Assembly (NCBI GenBank): GCA_965644265.1
Contig: OZ286460.1
Location: 71,672,001-71,736,000, forward strand
DNA length: 64,000 nt
Direction of reading: 5' to 3'
Source of the DNA: Glycera tridactyla
Lineage: Eukaryota
Shown here: piece by piece, positions 13,147 through 27,103 of the stretch
Layout: the number at the start of each line of letters is the position of its first letter
How positions within the stretch are numbered: position 1 is the first letter of the stretch
Translations under genes and position numbers: made by a program
The notes under the pieces: generated by a model
Database searches by the model: none
What the model saw: only the letters and a program-made list of their open reading frames with translations
Told to the model about the DNA's origin: nothing

Positions 13147-15655
13147 NNNNNNNNNNNNNNNNNNNNNNNNNNNNNNNNNNNNNNNNNNNNNNNNNNNNNN
13201 NNNNNNNNNNNNNNNNNNNNNNNNNNNNNNNNNNNNNNNNNNNNNNNNNNNNNNNNNNNNNNNNNNNNNNNNNNNNNNNNNNNNNNNNNNNNNNNNNNNN
13301 NNNNNNNNNNNNNNNNNNCCGATTTTAGTTTTGATGGCACGATTGGTATATATAGACCTTCCGGCAATCATTGAACCTGGGTTCGACTAGACTGCATGCT
13401 GCTGAAGAGGATTACACCATCATTTCATTGAATTTTTACAGCAAATCCACCGGCATTATCGGCGATTATTTGTATATGAAACAATGGGAATACGGCCGCC
13501 GCACACGCCGCAAAACCAGCGTGAAATTGACATATTTGGCGTTCTAAGGTGAAATTTACGAGATGTATACGTTTTCATTTCAATCGGAACCGAATTCGCG
13601 ATGCTAGGGCGAAAAACGTACCCGCCACGATTAAGCTTGACAGACTTCAGTTCTCTGTCAGTCGGATGTCAAGACATGGAGAGGTATGCACAGGTAGGAG
13701 GATTGCTTTGCTTTGATTTGAATGAGGTTTAATGGTCTTTATCAACCCTGAGGATTATGTATTTCATGCATTTCTGGTCAATGAAGGCTCGATGTCCTGT
13801 TCTCTGTAGGCATCACTGGCACAAACACAAGATGATGGGGAACCTGAAAAATTGAAGTAGCGGACAGTTCAGACCCACCTCCACCATTACCTGATGAACC
13901 TATTAAGGCATGTTCAACAATGTAACGAGCTGGAAGCTGACACTGAAGCCTAGGAGCAATGCTTTCATTTTGAGCGAATCACAGTATATGAAACAAAGAA
14001 AACATTAGGTTCGGAGAATACTCGACCATTGCTATCAATCATGAACAATCAACTTTAAAACAGCTTTCCAATCATATTTGCCCTATCCTCGTAGAACAAT
14101 GCCATAGTAAGCCATAACTGGTATGCCTGGTCCCTGCCTTTTGCGTAGTGTAAGTATTTACTTCAGAAAAACCATCAGCTGCCCTCATTTGAGACCATTC
14201 CACTGAAGACATAAGAAGGGGATAGAGAAGAGGTGAAGGAGATGAAACTTGGTGATACTTTAATTTTGGTAGAAAATGCCTCCATCCTCGATGGCAACAC
14301 TTCACGTCCATTGCTCGCTGTAATCTCTGATCCCTGTACTCCCAACCTTCCCACGAAGTGATATAAGATGAAAATTACTGATTGATTGCTAACGATCGAG
14401 CAAAACATTCTGCACGAGAATATTACTCACTTTTGTGCCACAGTTGCCGGGTTGATCATAACCGATTACTGACTCCATAAAATGTATCATCTTTGTGCTG
14501 AATATTGTTTCAGCGAGTGAATCAAAAGGAATGATTCCTAGAGAAAAAATTCCTTTGTTTGTTTTTTCGCTGTTGTGTCTCTGCATCATTACGAGGCCCC
14601 TGCAGTGGGCATGGTATGCGATCGCTTTACCCACCCCCTTAAATTGAATGGGATGAGAGAGTTTCAGGAATGTGATTGGGTCAACACAAAAAAACTGAAA
14701 TACTGCATACAACATTAAGAAAGAGCCCTACTGATCAGACTGGCTTATCAATACATGCTCAAAAATGCCTTGGCTGCTTCATTATGAGATTTAAAGGAGG
14801 AAATGTATGGGCGATGCCCTGAAATAACACCATATGAGCCTCTGCTATAACAGAAATGACACCTTGAGTGTCTGTGAATTTCATAAATTTTCGCCTTCTG
14901 TTGGGGATCCAGAAGGAGGAGTCTTGAATGATCCCACCCATGCCCATTGCATGGGCGTCACAATATAGCCCAAATGGAGCTGACGTGACGTTAAACCCCC
15001 AACAAAAAAAAAACTCCCTGCAATGACAGAAATAGTTTCTCTCTGACCGCAATTTCCACTGAAAAAAACTGATTTCAGGTTTTATCCTGAAGAATCACAT
15101 GCCTGGAGTTTGTGACAATCAGAGACAGCGAAGTAAATTCTATTTCTGATGTAAGGACGACAAGCAATAATATTGTATCTACTCTTCAGAAAAGCAGTGT
15201 TGACTCTCTTGAGAGGCCTTTGTTCGCCAGTTGGTGACACTAGACTCCTAACTTGATCATCATTTACAACGATGTACAAGTATGTCAGCTCTTCTTCACT
15301 GTGACACAGGTTCTTGGCAACCAAGACCTCCAGATGTCACCTCTGAAAGAAACCAAGAGTACCATTAGTATGACGATCACTCCACAATTGAATACAATCG
15401 ACACTATAAACAAACAACGCCCCGGAATTTACTGCCGGGGACTGTAACGAAGGAACACATGTAGCTACCTGTCAGCTGACCAATAACTGCCAACGAGCCA
15501 CACCCAATTATGTATACCTCCTGACATGCACAACCTGATTGTAAATAATGCACACTGTATATTGACATCTCTGTATCATTCAACCATTTAAGTGGCTACT
15601 GGCCTGCAATAGCATGTAATACGACCTCCCGGGGTCTATTGTCATTTGCACAACA

Positions 15656-15970
15656 CAGTAGAACCTCCTCTAAAGACCGACCACCTCTCTATTAAGACCA
15701 CCTCTCTATGAAGGCCACCCTGAGCTGCGACCATAGTAGTACAGTCGAACCTCTCTATAAAGACCGCCCTCGGTCGCATGTAAAAGTGGTCTTTACAGGC
15801 AGGTGGTCTTTATAGAGAGGTCATTTGCTGTTGAAAATACTACCACGGTCGCAGCTCAGGTGGTCTTTATAGAGAGGTGGTCTTTAAATCAGATCCGACT
15901 GCATTTTCAATAGTAAGTGCCCTCGCTATAAAGCCCATCTCCTATAAAGACCACTTTTTGATGCGCAAGT
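15656..15970. mobile_element. pogo/Tc1-mariner-type MITE (family D) carrying an inverted copy of itself at 15742-15901
   Basis: CAGTMGAACC-type TIRs with TA flanks. The host copy resumes after 15901 (cattttcaatagtaagtg...) and matches the uninterrupted copy at 32084-32245. Confidence 0.8.
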
Positions 15971-16189
15971 TTTAAATTGAATACAAACGAGACGGGCACT
16001 GCCTCTTAAAGTTCCCACTTTATCCCGATGCCGAGGCGGTAATGACAGCACAGTAATCTCCTTTTTTGCCAATTAGTAATATAAAATAGATTTCTCACTC
16101 ACCACAGATCTAACCACAAATCAGAGACATTGATGCCATCTCACAGAAATAGAATCCCATTCCTGTCTTGAATACTCTTCCGCTGACAG

Positions 16190-16405
16190 ACATTTGCAGG
16201 GATGTGATTGGCTCACTACCAAAAACACTGAAAACCTGACCGGGAGCACTTCTACCAAGATTTTGTTGGTCAACAAACCCAAGCAACTAATGACTGGAGG
16301 CTACTAGAACTCCATATAAACATTGTGCTCTATCTCCACTAATAATAGTCCGATTTTCATAATCTGAAAAAAAACAAAATAATCAGCAGAGAACGCTCTC
16401 ACGTC
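16190..16405. repeat. Dispersed repeat, probably a DNA-transposon remnant
   Basis: Similar to about 22170-22380 and, inverted, about 62940-63030 (tgctctatctccact...tccgatttYcatgatct). Confidence 0.6.
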
Positions 16406-16998
16406 CCGTGAGCTCTGACTGGGGTATACTGATACATCAGTGCAATAGGAATTGGTAGGATTATACAAGACCTTTCTTTCTGCGACAGTAACAGAAGGCG
16501 GAAAATTCGCATACACTCAGACCATGTATTCATGATATTCACATCCATTGCGTATATATTCAGGTACTATGGACAAGGCTCAATTTCTAACATAAATGGC
16601 CATGTGTATAGTGCTGAATTTCAGTGAGCAAGTTCATCTCCACACCCAGTCTTCCTCCGTGGCCACAGTGACATCTGGAGCTAATTGCCAGCTCCTGAAT
16701 CTGACTATCAGCACAAGGTGGCGCTCGTCCGGTTCCAGAATTGTGTTCATCGAAGTCATTGCATGGCTATTCGTCTTAGTCCATCAGCAAATAAGGGGCA
16801 ACACTGAGACGGTCGTAAATGGGTACGAAGTCATCACCCTGTAACCGTAAGCCAGCAACAATCCACATTTTGATATAAGAGTATTCCATCTCACATGCCA
16901 ACTGCTGCCTCAGCCAATATACAAGTAGTGGAGAAGCCAGAGGGACCCTCCATGCACCCCCCCCCCCCCCATCTTCTATTGCCATTTTCACTCAATAG

Positions 16999-19480
16999 GT
17001 AAGATAAGATAAGAAATGCTTTTATTGCATAAGTAGACAAACATGGTTACAACTGACCTCGAGAGGTCATATTACACGCTTATGCAGACAATGTGATCAA
17101 CTATCAAATAACAAGTTTTATATGGTGAAAACAATATATACAGTGCATATAATCTTCTTCATTCATAGCAAGTTTCATAATGTGAAATCAATATTTACAA
17201 TGCATATAATCTTCTACATCCATTCCTTTCTCCCTCAATTCACTCTCTTACTCTCTCACTTACGCCATATTCCTCTCACTCTTTCATTCTTCATCGTCTT
17301 CTCTCTTCCCGCGCTTCCTTACATATACATATACACGGTGAAATCTTATTGTTCATATACCCTCTCACTCTCTCTCTCTCTCTCTTTCTCTCTGTTTCCT
17401 TCTCATTCTCACTCTCACTCTCTCATTCTCTCACTCTCTGACTCTCTCTCTCTCTCCCCCCTCTTACTCTCTCACTCTCACTCCGGTTCTTCAACTCGCT
17501 CTCTATTTTCTCTCTTTATCACATCACAGGTGTCATTCCAATTGGTCATATATCTCGAATCACACAGTCATCATTTTTCATTTTGGGTAACTACGTAGGC
17601 AATCTACGGAGATACATATCACGCTGGTGTTCGTAGGAACATGGTTCCAAATTTTTAACGAAGTACAATGTTGCTTACTCTGCATTCAGTCACAGCCAGT
17701 ATTTTGGAGAGATCCATTTGGTTTATGAGGGTGGGTAAACAGTGCACATGTTGGGACATACTGTATGACCAAGATTTGCTACATGGGCAATCCACGGAGA
17801 TATCTTGTGTCACTCAGATGGTAATCTAATCAAACTATGGTGACTAGTGAGTGTATCAACTAATGACTGCTTCTAACCTGCGTTTTAGGTTCTCAACAGA
17901 ATCACATTGTTTCGTTACAGGATCGAGTCTGTTCCAATAGATAGCTCCTCTATATCGGAGACTTCGGTCGGTGAAATGAAGTTTATTTTTAATTATCTCT
18001 ACATTAAATGTTTCTCTCGTGCTGCTACGAGTGGTACGTCGGTCGTTCCCATCACTCACAGTCCTCTTGGAACGCAAATGGAATAGGTTATAACTGTTTA
18101 ACATATCAGGTCGGTTCAGGTCTTTATATACTTCTATAATTGAATTCTTCCTTCTTGTCAATGCAAGTTCCTTTATACCAAGACAGCTGTGTAAATCATG
18201 AGCAGAATATTGTTTGCCACCTTGCACGATCACATTAAGACATTTATTTTGACACACTTGAAGTCTCTTGCTTTGGGTCGCAGAACAGCTGTCATATAGG
18301 TAATCCAAATAGGTAGATAGTGTGTGAATTAGGCTAGTGTAGAGATACTGGGTTAGATCTTTGGAAATGGACGGTCTTAGGTATTGCAGGGCTCGCCTTC
18401 TGAGATTTACCTTATTCACTAGATATGTAATGTGATTTTCAAATGATAAGCAAGAGTCCAGTTGTACGCCAAGGTATTTATATTTTGCCGTTTGTTCAAT
18501 TTTCTCATTGTTCAGTTTCAATGTGATAGTATCAGTTATTCGAAGTCTCTGTGAGGTGCCAAATATCATTACGTTACTTTTTTTGGAGTTCACCGGTAAT
18601 TGAAGTTCCTTGAACCATTCCGATATTTCATGAAGATCATAATTAAGTTTTTCTTCGATAATTCCTACAGATTTACCAGAGACATAAAGCGCCGTGTCAT
18701 CAGCATAAAGTAGGGGAAAGCTGTGTGATACATGACTTAGAATATCATTTACATATGTTAGAAATAACAGGGGTCCCAGAATTGACCCCTGGGGAACCCC
18801 ATAATTCAAAACGACTTTTTCAGATACCACCTTGCCTATTTTAGTTGTTTGATGCCTATTGTTGAGGTATGAACTGAACCATTTCACACAATTGATAGTA
18901 AAGCCAAGATTGCACAACTTCCTTAAGAGAATAGCATGATTAACCGTATCAAAAGCCTTTTTTAGGTCCAGGAAGAGGACCCCACTAATTTCACCCCTGT
19001 CCGATGCCTTATATATCTTGTCCAGTAGAATTGACAGGCAAGTGCCAGTGGAGGACCCCTTCCTGAACCCAAATTGAACAGGACTAAATAGATTATTTGA
19101 ACTAATGAATTCATAGGTCTGGTTATGTAATACACGCTTGGCTATCTTACCTATAACTGAAAGAAGGGATATTGGTCTGAAGTTTCCATAATCTGTGGAT
19201 TTACCACCTTTGTGTAAGACAGTCACTATTGCCTCCTTTCAGTTGTCAGGAAAAATTCTGTGTTTTATAGATAAGTTTATCAAAAATGCCAAGACAGGGG
19301 AGATAACCTTTATAGACGCTTTTACAAAATAGCTACTGATTGTATCAGGTCCAGCAGCATTAGAATTACTCAAGTCTTTGATAGCAGCTTCAATATTGTA
19401 TGCATTAATTTCATTTAAGTCAAACTTCTCCATTACGGTAGTATTCGATTCAGATTCATAGTTTGTAGTACGAAATTCTT
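16999..19480 (-). mobile_element. CR1/L2-group (L2/Crack-like) LINE, 5'-truncated, with complete 3' UTR
   Basis: RT motifs NFRPISLLS, QFGFRKG, FLDLKKAFDTVNH, GVPQGSILGPLLF, YADDT, KYLGVQLD. The 3' UTR ends with AATAAA (plus 17021-17026), a GACCTC/GAGGTC hairpin and a (CTTAT)n tail at about 16999-17014. Confidence 0.92.
17856..19436 (-). pseudogene. LINE ORF2 reverse transcriptase with one in-frame TGA at 19239-19241
   Basis: ORFs 19239..19526 and 17856..19226 are in the same frame: ...IFPDN*KEAIVTVLHKGG (expected W). Confidence 0.88.
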
Positions 19481-19490
19481 CCACTAGGTA

Positions 19491-19712
19491 AGGTTGCATC
19501 CAGGATTTCCAGAACTGGGGGCACAAGCCCCCTTATGTTTGAGAAAAGGGGGCATTTCTTCACCAATTTCCCCAAAATGTGTTCACTTGACATCAAAAAG
19601 TGCATTCTCCTTGCTAATTCAGGGGGCATTGTGGCCCATACTCGCATTGAATAGGGGCCACAATCAATAAAATGAGTGAAATGCCCCCATGCCCCCTATG
19701 GATGCAACCCTG
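19491..19712. mobile_element. hAT-type MITE
   Basis: TIRs aggttgcatcca / tggatgcaaccctg; near-perfect 8-bp TSD actaggta / aataggta. Confidence 0.75.
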
Positions 19713-21102
19713 AATAGGTACCTACTAAAACACTGTCAAATCCAAACGTGGCACCCTCTCTTGTCCGATTCTGTTTTGATGGCTTGAATGTATACATTGG
19801 TCTCCCGGCGATAATCAACCCAGATTTCGATTAGTCTGAATGTTTTAAACACATTCAAGTACACCTCCCACCGACGAATCATCAAAGATATAAACGGACT
19901 CCTTCCTTGTTCTCGGAGCTAAGAATAAAACCGCGTCTAAAGGCACGAAAATCAGTGTTTTCGGTTATACAGAAGATACTTAGTGAGTTTGGTTTCGTTT
20001 GTTCTGGTTTAAGGTCATGTCAGCTCTATTGTGACCCCCATGCAGTGGGCATGGGTGGGATCATTCAAGTCTACTCCTCCATCTAGTCCCACAAAAGAAG
20101 GCGAAAACTTATAGTTGTTGGTTGGTTGTTGTTTAACGTCACGTCAGCACCATCTGGGCTATAGTTTGACGCCCATGCAATGGGCATGGGTGGGATCTTC
20201 CAAGACTCCTCCTTCTGGGTCCCAAACGGAAGGTGAAATATGAAAATCACAGACACAAAAGTGTCATTTCTGGAATTCCATGCAATAAGCATGAGCGGAT
20301 CACAAGCGTGAGGATCGCAGACACCAGAGGTGCATTGAGATATCAAAACAATGCATGTGGATAAAGGTGGTACCATAATGCTCCTGCTGGTTCACCAACA
20401 ATTCGATTTTTGTATTGATTTGTAGGGGGTTTAACGTCACGTCAGCTCCATCTGGGCTATATTGTGACGCCCATGCAATGGGCATGGGTGGGATCATTCA
20501 AGACTCCGCCTTCTGGATCCCCAACAGAAGGCGAAAATTTATGAAATTCAGACACTCAAGGTGTCATTTCTGTTATTAAAAATGTTGACCATGGTGTTAA
20601 CATATGAACATGACATTCATCCACATAGCTTCCACCAGGTCAGTTATTTTAGGGCATTGTGTCACGCAGCGAACATGGGAACAGTTCACTGGCCTCCACT
20701 TGACTGGTGCAACCGTTCGAGTGGTACCCTCCTATCCGAGGGGAAATATCTATGTAGAATGCTTTACAGAGGTATAAATAATCTTCTACCTCGTCTGTAT
20801 GACATATATGAATATCCTACAAGCTGATGAATTCCTGGAAGATGACAATAGATTGGAGGGGGGGGGGTCTAAGAACAACAGTGGACTACCTGCGCCAGTA
20901 AAGCGGCTAGCTGTCTTTTACCTGGTTACAAAATGGATATGTAACTGAATGAGAATGCATTTCTCAGCGGAAAGATTGTGCGCATACAAACTGCGTAAAA
21001 TAGATAGAGATGCGCAGAAGACGATTTCACGATTATTGCGCAGGTTCGATCAGTTTCGCTGAGGAAGCCAAGCTGTTGACATCGACACGCAAGATTGAAA
21101 TA

Positions 21103-21280
21103 CAGTTGAACCTGTCTATAAAGACCGCCTTCGGTCACATCAAAAAGTGGTCTTTATAGGCAGGTGGTCTTTATAGAGATGTCATTTACTGTTGAAAATA
21201 CTACCACGGTCGCAGTTCAGGGTGGTCTTTATAGCGAGGTGGTCTCTATAGAGAGGTGGTCTTTAGAGCAGGTTCGACTG
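21103..21280. mobile_element. pogo/Tc1-mariner-type MITE (family D)
   Basis: TA-CAGTTGAACCTG ... CAGGTTCGACTG-TA. Related copies at 21430-21597, 32084-32245 and 35280-35450. Confidence 0.9.
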
Positions 21281-23404
21281 TATACAGTTTGGTTGGTTGG
21301 TTGGTTCTGGTTTAACGTCATGTCAGCACCACCTGGGCTACATTGTGACGCCCATGCAATGGGCATGAGTGAGACTCCTCCTTCTGGGTCGGAAGGTGAA
21401 ATGATATGAAAATCACAGACACACAAGGAACCTCCTCTGAAGACCACCTCTCTATAAAGACAACCTCCCTATAAAGACCACCCTGAACTGCGACCGTGAT
21501 AGTATTTTCTACAGTAAATGACCTCTCTATAAAGACCACCTCCCTATAAAGACCACTTTTTGGTGCGACCGAAGGCGGTCTTTATAGGTTCGACTGTACT
21601 TTCGTTGAGGGTTGGAATGCGGCGAGAATCCATCATCGCTTGATACGTTGATGATAAACTCATTTTTCGGCGGGAGTTGGTGTCTTCCGTCGCAAATTAC
21701 ACGCGCTATGTTGGGAATCTATAGTATGGCGACCAAGCGCTTGCTTGAAGACAGCGACTAAATCGTAACCGTAGTACATGGGCTATATTGAAACGCGCAT
21801 TTGAAGAGAATGAAGATTGTGCCGAATCCAACAGCTCAGTCGGAATTGATTGAAGGTCTCGCCATCGCCAGTTGAAATATATTGAGACGCCCATGCAATT
21901 GGCATGGACATGATCATTCAAGACTCTTCATTCTGGGTATCTGGCAATGCTATATCTTACGGAACTCGCATAAATTTCGAACCGGGCCATAGGAGAGATT
22001 GTCCCGTCCGGCAGCATACACATTGGTTGGTTGGTTGTGGTTCAACGTCACGTCGGCACCATGTGCTCATGATTTAAATCACATCAAACAAGCATCCAGT
22101 GAGGCGGTGTCCCACGATGACTGCGCAGTCGCTAGTCTCTCCTTTCTTTTATATATTATATACTATATCCAAGGATGTGATTGGCTCACAACTCATAAAT
22201 CGGAAAAACTGACCGCATGCGCTTTTCGCCAAGATTGCTGCAAGATTGTGTTGACGAAGAAATCCCAACAAGCTCTGACTAATGGCTACGATAAGTGCAT
22301 AAAAACTTCATGCTCTATCTCCACTGATTGTGGTCCGATTTCCATGATCTAAAATCCGAAATAATTAGCAGAAAGTGCTCTTTCCTCACATATGATTAGC
22401 TCGCTGCATTCTTAATAATACAAAAACGGAACAATCACAGCCCTGTACATCATGATCTTCCCTCAGTCTCACCTCTCTTCTGTCCCCTTCCCCTCATAAT
22501 TCTATAACGTGTCTTCCATTTTGAATATTGGTCGGATTGATTGTTTGATTGTTTGAGGTTTAACGGCATGTATCAACCCACAGGATTATTTATGCCGTGT
22601 GTTCCTGCTTAATGAAAGCTAGATGTTCTCTCCCCTGCAGACATCACTCTCACAAACCCTGAACACAAGATGATGGGGAACCTGAAAGGTTGTCAAGTGG
22701 AAGTAGCTGACAGTTCAAACACACCTCTACCTAATCTGAACCTATACACAATAAACCTAGGATGGCATATCTAACTATATAGCTGGCTGGAAGCTGTCAC
22801 TCAAGCCTGATAGCAATGCTTTTTTTCTGTGCAAAGCGCAGCACTTGACACATGGAAAAGCATTAGGTTAGGAGAATACACAACCAAAGTGTTCAATTAC
22901 AAACTGCCAACTTCAAACCAGCTTTACAATATTTTTTGCCCTATACTCGCAGTACGATGCCATCACACATCCTAGTAACCTAGTCATCAGCCCTAGTAAC
23001 CCAGAACTGGTGTGCTTGGTACCCGCTTTTTGCATAGTGACAATATCTGCAACAGGCAAACCGTTAGCTACCTACACCGGAGACCATTTCGCTGAAGAAA
23101 TAAGAAGGAGCATAGAGTGATAGAAAAGAGGTGAAGAGAAAGAAACCATGGTGATAGTATAATTTTGGTAGAAAAAGCCTAAAGACAGATGACAGAAAAT
23201 TTGAAGGTATGTTTTCATTCAACCCCCACACCGAAAAACTATTGAGAAAAAGAGAAGGGATGATGCTACATCTAGGCCACATCATCCCCGATGGCAACAC
23301 TTCAAAGAAAATGACCCGCGCCCATTGGTGGCTGCCTTCTATAGAAACCCTGGACTCCCACCCTACCCACGAATATTGGTCGGAATAATTGTGAAGTCAG
23401 AACT

Positions 23405-23943
23405 GATGTAATAGAAGAACAACGCATAATGGTCGTAAACCAATTGACCAGTCATGGGCCAGCATTTGCCTGAAAATCTTGATCACAATGGTATGCTGGA
23501 TGAGGTCTGAATGTCTCTTGGATGAGTTCACAGTTCCGAAATAGAAGCCCTGGAATCAGTGATTTGAGGGATAACAGTCCAAAACCAATCAAGCAATCAG
23601 AGGCCACCATTTGGCAGAAAATCACTGAAGTGTGATGATACACTGATCGTGTTTGTTGGTCCTTTGGGCGAGTTCACAGATATGATATTACAGCCCTGCA
23701 ATCAGTGGTTTGCGAGTGATGGTCATAAACCAATCAACCTGGCCAGCATTTGGCAGAAAATTGCTGAACCGTTACAGTGCGCTATTCAGGTCCTGCGTGA
23801 CTTTACAGGTCTGATATGGAAGACCTGCAATCAGTGGTTCGAGAGATAATGGTCGGGAACCAATGTGTGATGGACGGACAGCCTGACGGACGGAGAGGGC
23901 ATTTCAATAGTCCCTTCCCATTGACATGGCGTGGGACAAAAAA
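23405..23943. mobile_element. Helentron-type non-autonomous element (HINE/DINE-like) with internal repeats of about 145 bp
   Basis: aaaccaat...ggccascatttg(g)c(a)gaaaat at 23437, 23582 and 23727; a GACG/GACA microsatellite; terminal hairpin gtccc...gggac followed by an A run. Confidence 0.6.
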
Positions 23944-24750
23944 TGATCAAAAATTGCTTTTTTTGTCACGTCAGCTCCATCTGGGCTATATTGTGATGCC
24001 CATGCAATGGGCATGGGTGGGATCATTCAAGACTCTTCCTCCTGGATCCCCAACAGAAGGCGAAATTTTATGAAATTCAGACACTCAAGGTGTCATTTCT
24101 GTTGTCAAAAATGTTGACCTTGGTGTTACCATTTGAACATGACATTCATCCACATAGCTTCCACTAGGTCAGTTATTATACCACAGTGTCCCTTCTCAGT
24201 CTAACAACCTAATATGAATAGAACGGTCTGCGCATGCGTGAGTCACTTGGACTGACGTGGTGCGTCGGTGTCACACGTGTTTGGTGGGAGCGGGTAAAAA
24301 TCCGCTGATTTTCTTTCAGGTTTCTTTCTTTTCAGGTTTTCTTGTGCGGCGACGGCGTGGTGGTCCAATATTAGTCACTCTGACGACTAGGACCGCTGCG
24401 CGGCCCCTTTATGGCATGTTTATTTAGACATGTTACGGGTTCTTTCGATCGGGCCTCGGACTAGACGTTCGTGCTAACTTGCGGTCGATTTGGCTGGTAT
24501 AGTTAGACTGGTAGATTAGACAGTGGAGGGGGGACGCTTGCTGTCTGGAAGGGCGACTTCTCTTGGAGGATTGCCTTATTAGGTCATGGCGGAGGTGGCG
24601 TGTGGTTATCTGACTACGCACGAACCGAAATTGAGGCTGGGGGTCAGGTGACCTCTATCCAGCCTATCAGAGGCCGGCTCTCTTCGAGGGTTCGGCCTGT
24701 CCGCTGGTTTAGACTGGACGGATCAGTTGGAGGTATGAAATGCGAACGAG

Positions 24751-27101
24751 ATGGACGTGTCGCCTTCCAGGGAGAGATCGCCGGAGAGCGGCCATGGCTC
24801 GCACAGTTCTAGCAGAAGAGGTGAAGGTTCGGGCTCTTCTAAAGGCAAGAAAGCGAGCAAGGGGAAGACGTCCTCCGACGGCAGGTCCCACGATAAGACC
24901 AAGAAGAGTCAAAAGGTGGACAAGAAACAAAAACGGGAACCTGCGCCGGAGGAAGGATTGCCACGTGAGAGAAATGTGTTTGAGGACGTGCTGCCGCAGG
25001 AGGGGACATCGGGGGATGTGCCAAGGCCGGATCCCATTCACGGGCCTGATTCGCCTACACAACATCAGGCTTCGCCGGAGCCTACTCAACTCTTCCCCGC
25101 CACAGACTTTGTCGCGGTCCTGTGCGGGCCGGCGGTAGCAGGTCCGTCTAATGTGTCGGGTCAACTGGGGGCTATGGATACAGCTGAGCCCATGAATGCG
25201 CTGTTTAACAGACTGATGGCATGCATGGCGTCGAAATTTAACACGGCGCTGGCCAACACGCCAGTTCCGGGGCCGAGGGTGGAGGAGACGGGGTCCCCAC
25301 CGATACAACTGACTCAGAACACGCCTCCGAATACACAGTCTTCTCCGTCTATTCGACAGAATAGCATTGACAAGGCGGCGCCGCGGGCACCGGTTAGCAG
25401 GGACAAGCCGAGGAGGCGGAGTACCGACAGCGCGCACCGCGTCTCCAATGCTATTCCACACACTAGCACGGACACCAGGGTACAACATATTTCTAATACT
25501 AATGGACAGAATAGCATGCAATGCGACAAACCGACCAAGGCGGGTGTGGGTAAACGACACGCCAGCTCGGGTCGGGAGAGGGATTGGAACAGACGGCCAC
25601 GGTCGAAATCCAAACGAGAACCTCTGAGCCGCAAACGCAGATCCAGATCACGGTCGAGGTCTAGGAGCAGGGCCAAAGAAGGGCGGCAGGTCGGCACGAG
25701 TCACGCAAAGGGTTCTATGTTGGAGGTGTGTCCAGCGACTCCGACTCGAATGCTTCGGTTGGCAGTTGGGAGACGGACCTGTACAGACGTGGAAGACACG
25801 GCAGAAAACGTAAGCATGTCAACTCACCTATCTCTTCATTCACTTCGTCAGAGGATGGGGAGTGGTCGAGTGGTGGTGCGTCTAACTGGTCTCATAGCTG
25901 GTATAAATCTAGGGAGAAGAATAGACGGTCTAATAGACAGGCAGCATTGGGCAGGAGGTCATCCAGCAGTGGGCTAGATAGCACATTAGACAACTCTACA
26001 CAGGGACATGCTAGTATAGCACGACCACTCGGGACCGATGCTATTGTGCCTCAGCTGGGAGGGGGCCATGCTAGTCTGGCTCCAATCAACACCAACACCA
26101 CTGCCCCGACCCAGGCCACTCCTACACAGTGCACATCCGCCCCGGTAGTGACCGCCCCAGGTGCCCCTTCAGTCAATGCAGGGGGGGACGATAACGGTCA
26201 ACAGACGGTTGCACATAGTGCACCGGTCAAGGATACCGACGACGCCATTTTGTCTAAATTTGAAACGGATTGTAGGCCGGAAGAGGCGAGGGGCTCCAAG
26301 GTGGAGGACCACATCGCCAGAGCGTTGGATGGCTTGCTCATTAAAAAGCCTATTGAGAGTCATATCAATGATATGCTCAGACCACACCACTGCCCAGAAA
26401 ATGTCCCGAATATGAGGCCGGTGGCACTTAACCACCATTTTGGTAAAGTAGTAGACGCCAAGTCAAAACGACTTGACAAACGAACTGAACGGGCCCAGCA
26501 ACTGATTGTGAAGGCGATGGGACCGATCACATATGTAGCTTCGGACTTAGTGATGAAGGGTGGCATGGACAGACAAGTAATGATCGAGAAACTGTTGTTG
26601 GGGCTCCGCATGCTGGCTGTGGGGAATGCCAAACTGTTACATTCTAGACGGGAATTCATCAGGGACACGGTCATGAAATCACATGAGGCTTTGGCGGAAG
26701 ACCGCCACGAAATTACTGAATTCTTGTTTGGGGATGACCTTGATAAAGAGGTCGAGAAAATCCTTAGCTCTTCGGTGTTGCAGAACCTTGCCAGTAATCA
26801 CTCTGATCGGAATTTTCAGGGTCAGCGTCGGGGAGCCCCGAACGGCGCGGGCCGAGACCAGGGGCGTCGGAACAACAACAGCAACAACAGCTACAACAGC
26901 GGGGGCAACTACAGCGGCAGTTACAACAACGACGGGTACAGCAACAGGGGCCAAAACAACCAGAGGTACCGGGGCGGCGGTTCCCGGAGAGGGGACTACC
27001 AGAGAGGTCGGCAGGACGATCGACAGAACGATCAGCAGCAGAGGGCAAGGTCCGAGTCGGACCAGGATCGGGGAAGATCGAACCAAGGCCGCTACTACTG
27101 A
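24751..27101 (+). pseudogene. DIRS gag-like ORF1, apparently one ORF split by a 1-bp deletion near 25675
   Basis: ORF 24751.. ends in an RS-rich tract and the next frame is open from 25665. The downstream part has DIRS-gag-like motifs HCPENVPNMRPVALN, DKRTERAQQLIVKAMGPI and FLFGDDLDKEV. Confidence 0.75.
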
Positions 27102-27103
27102 GT

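Noticed and set aside
17122-17598. 158-aa Leu/Ser-rich ORF
   Set aside because: A CT microsatellite in the LINE 3' UTR.
24709-25560. 283-aa antisense ORF and other overlapping ORFs across DIRS gag
   Set aside because: Shadow frames of GC-rich low-complexity coding sequence with no recognisable motifs.
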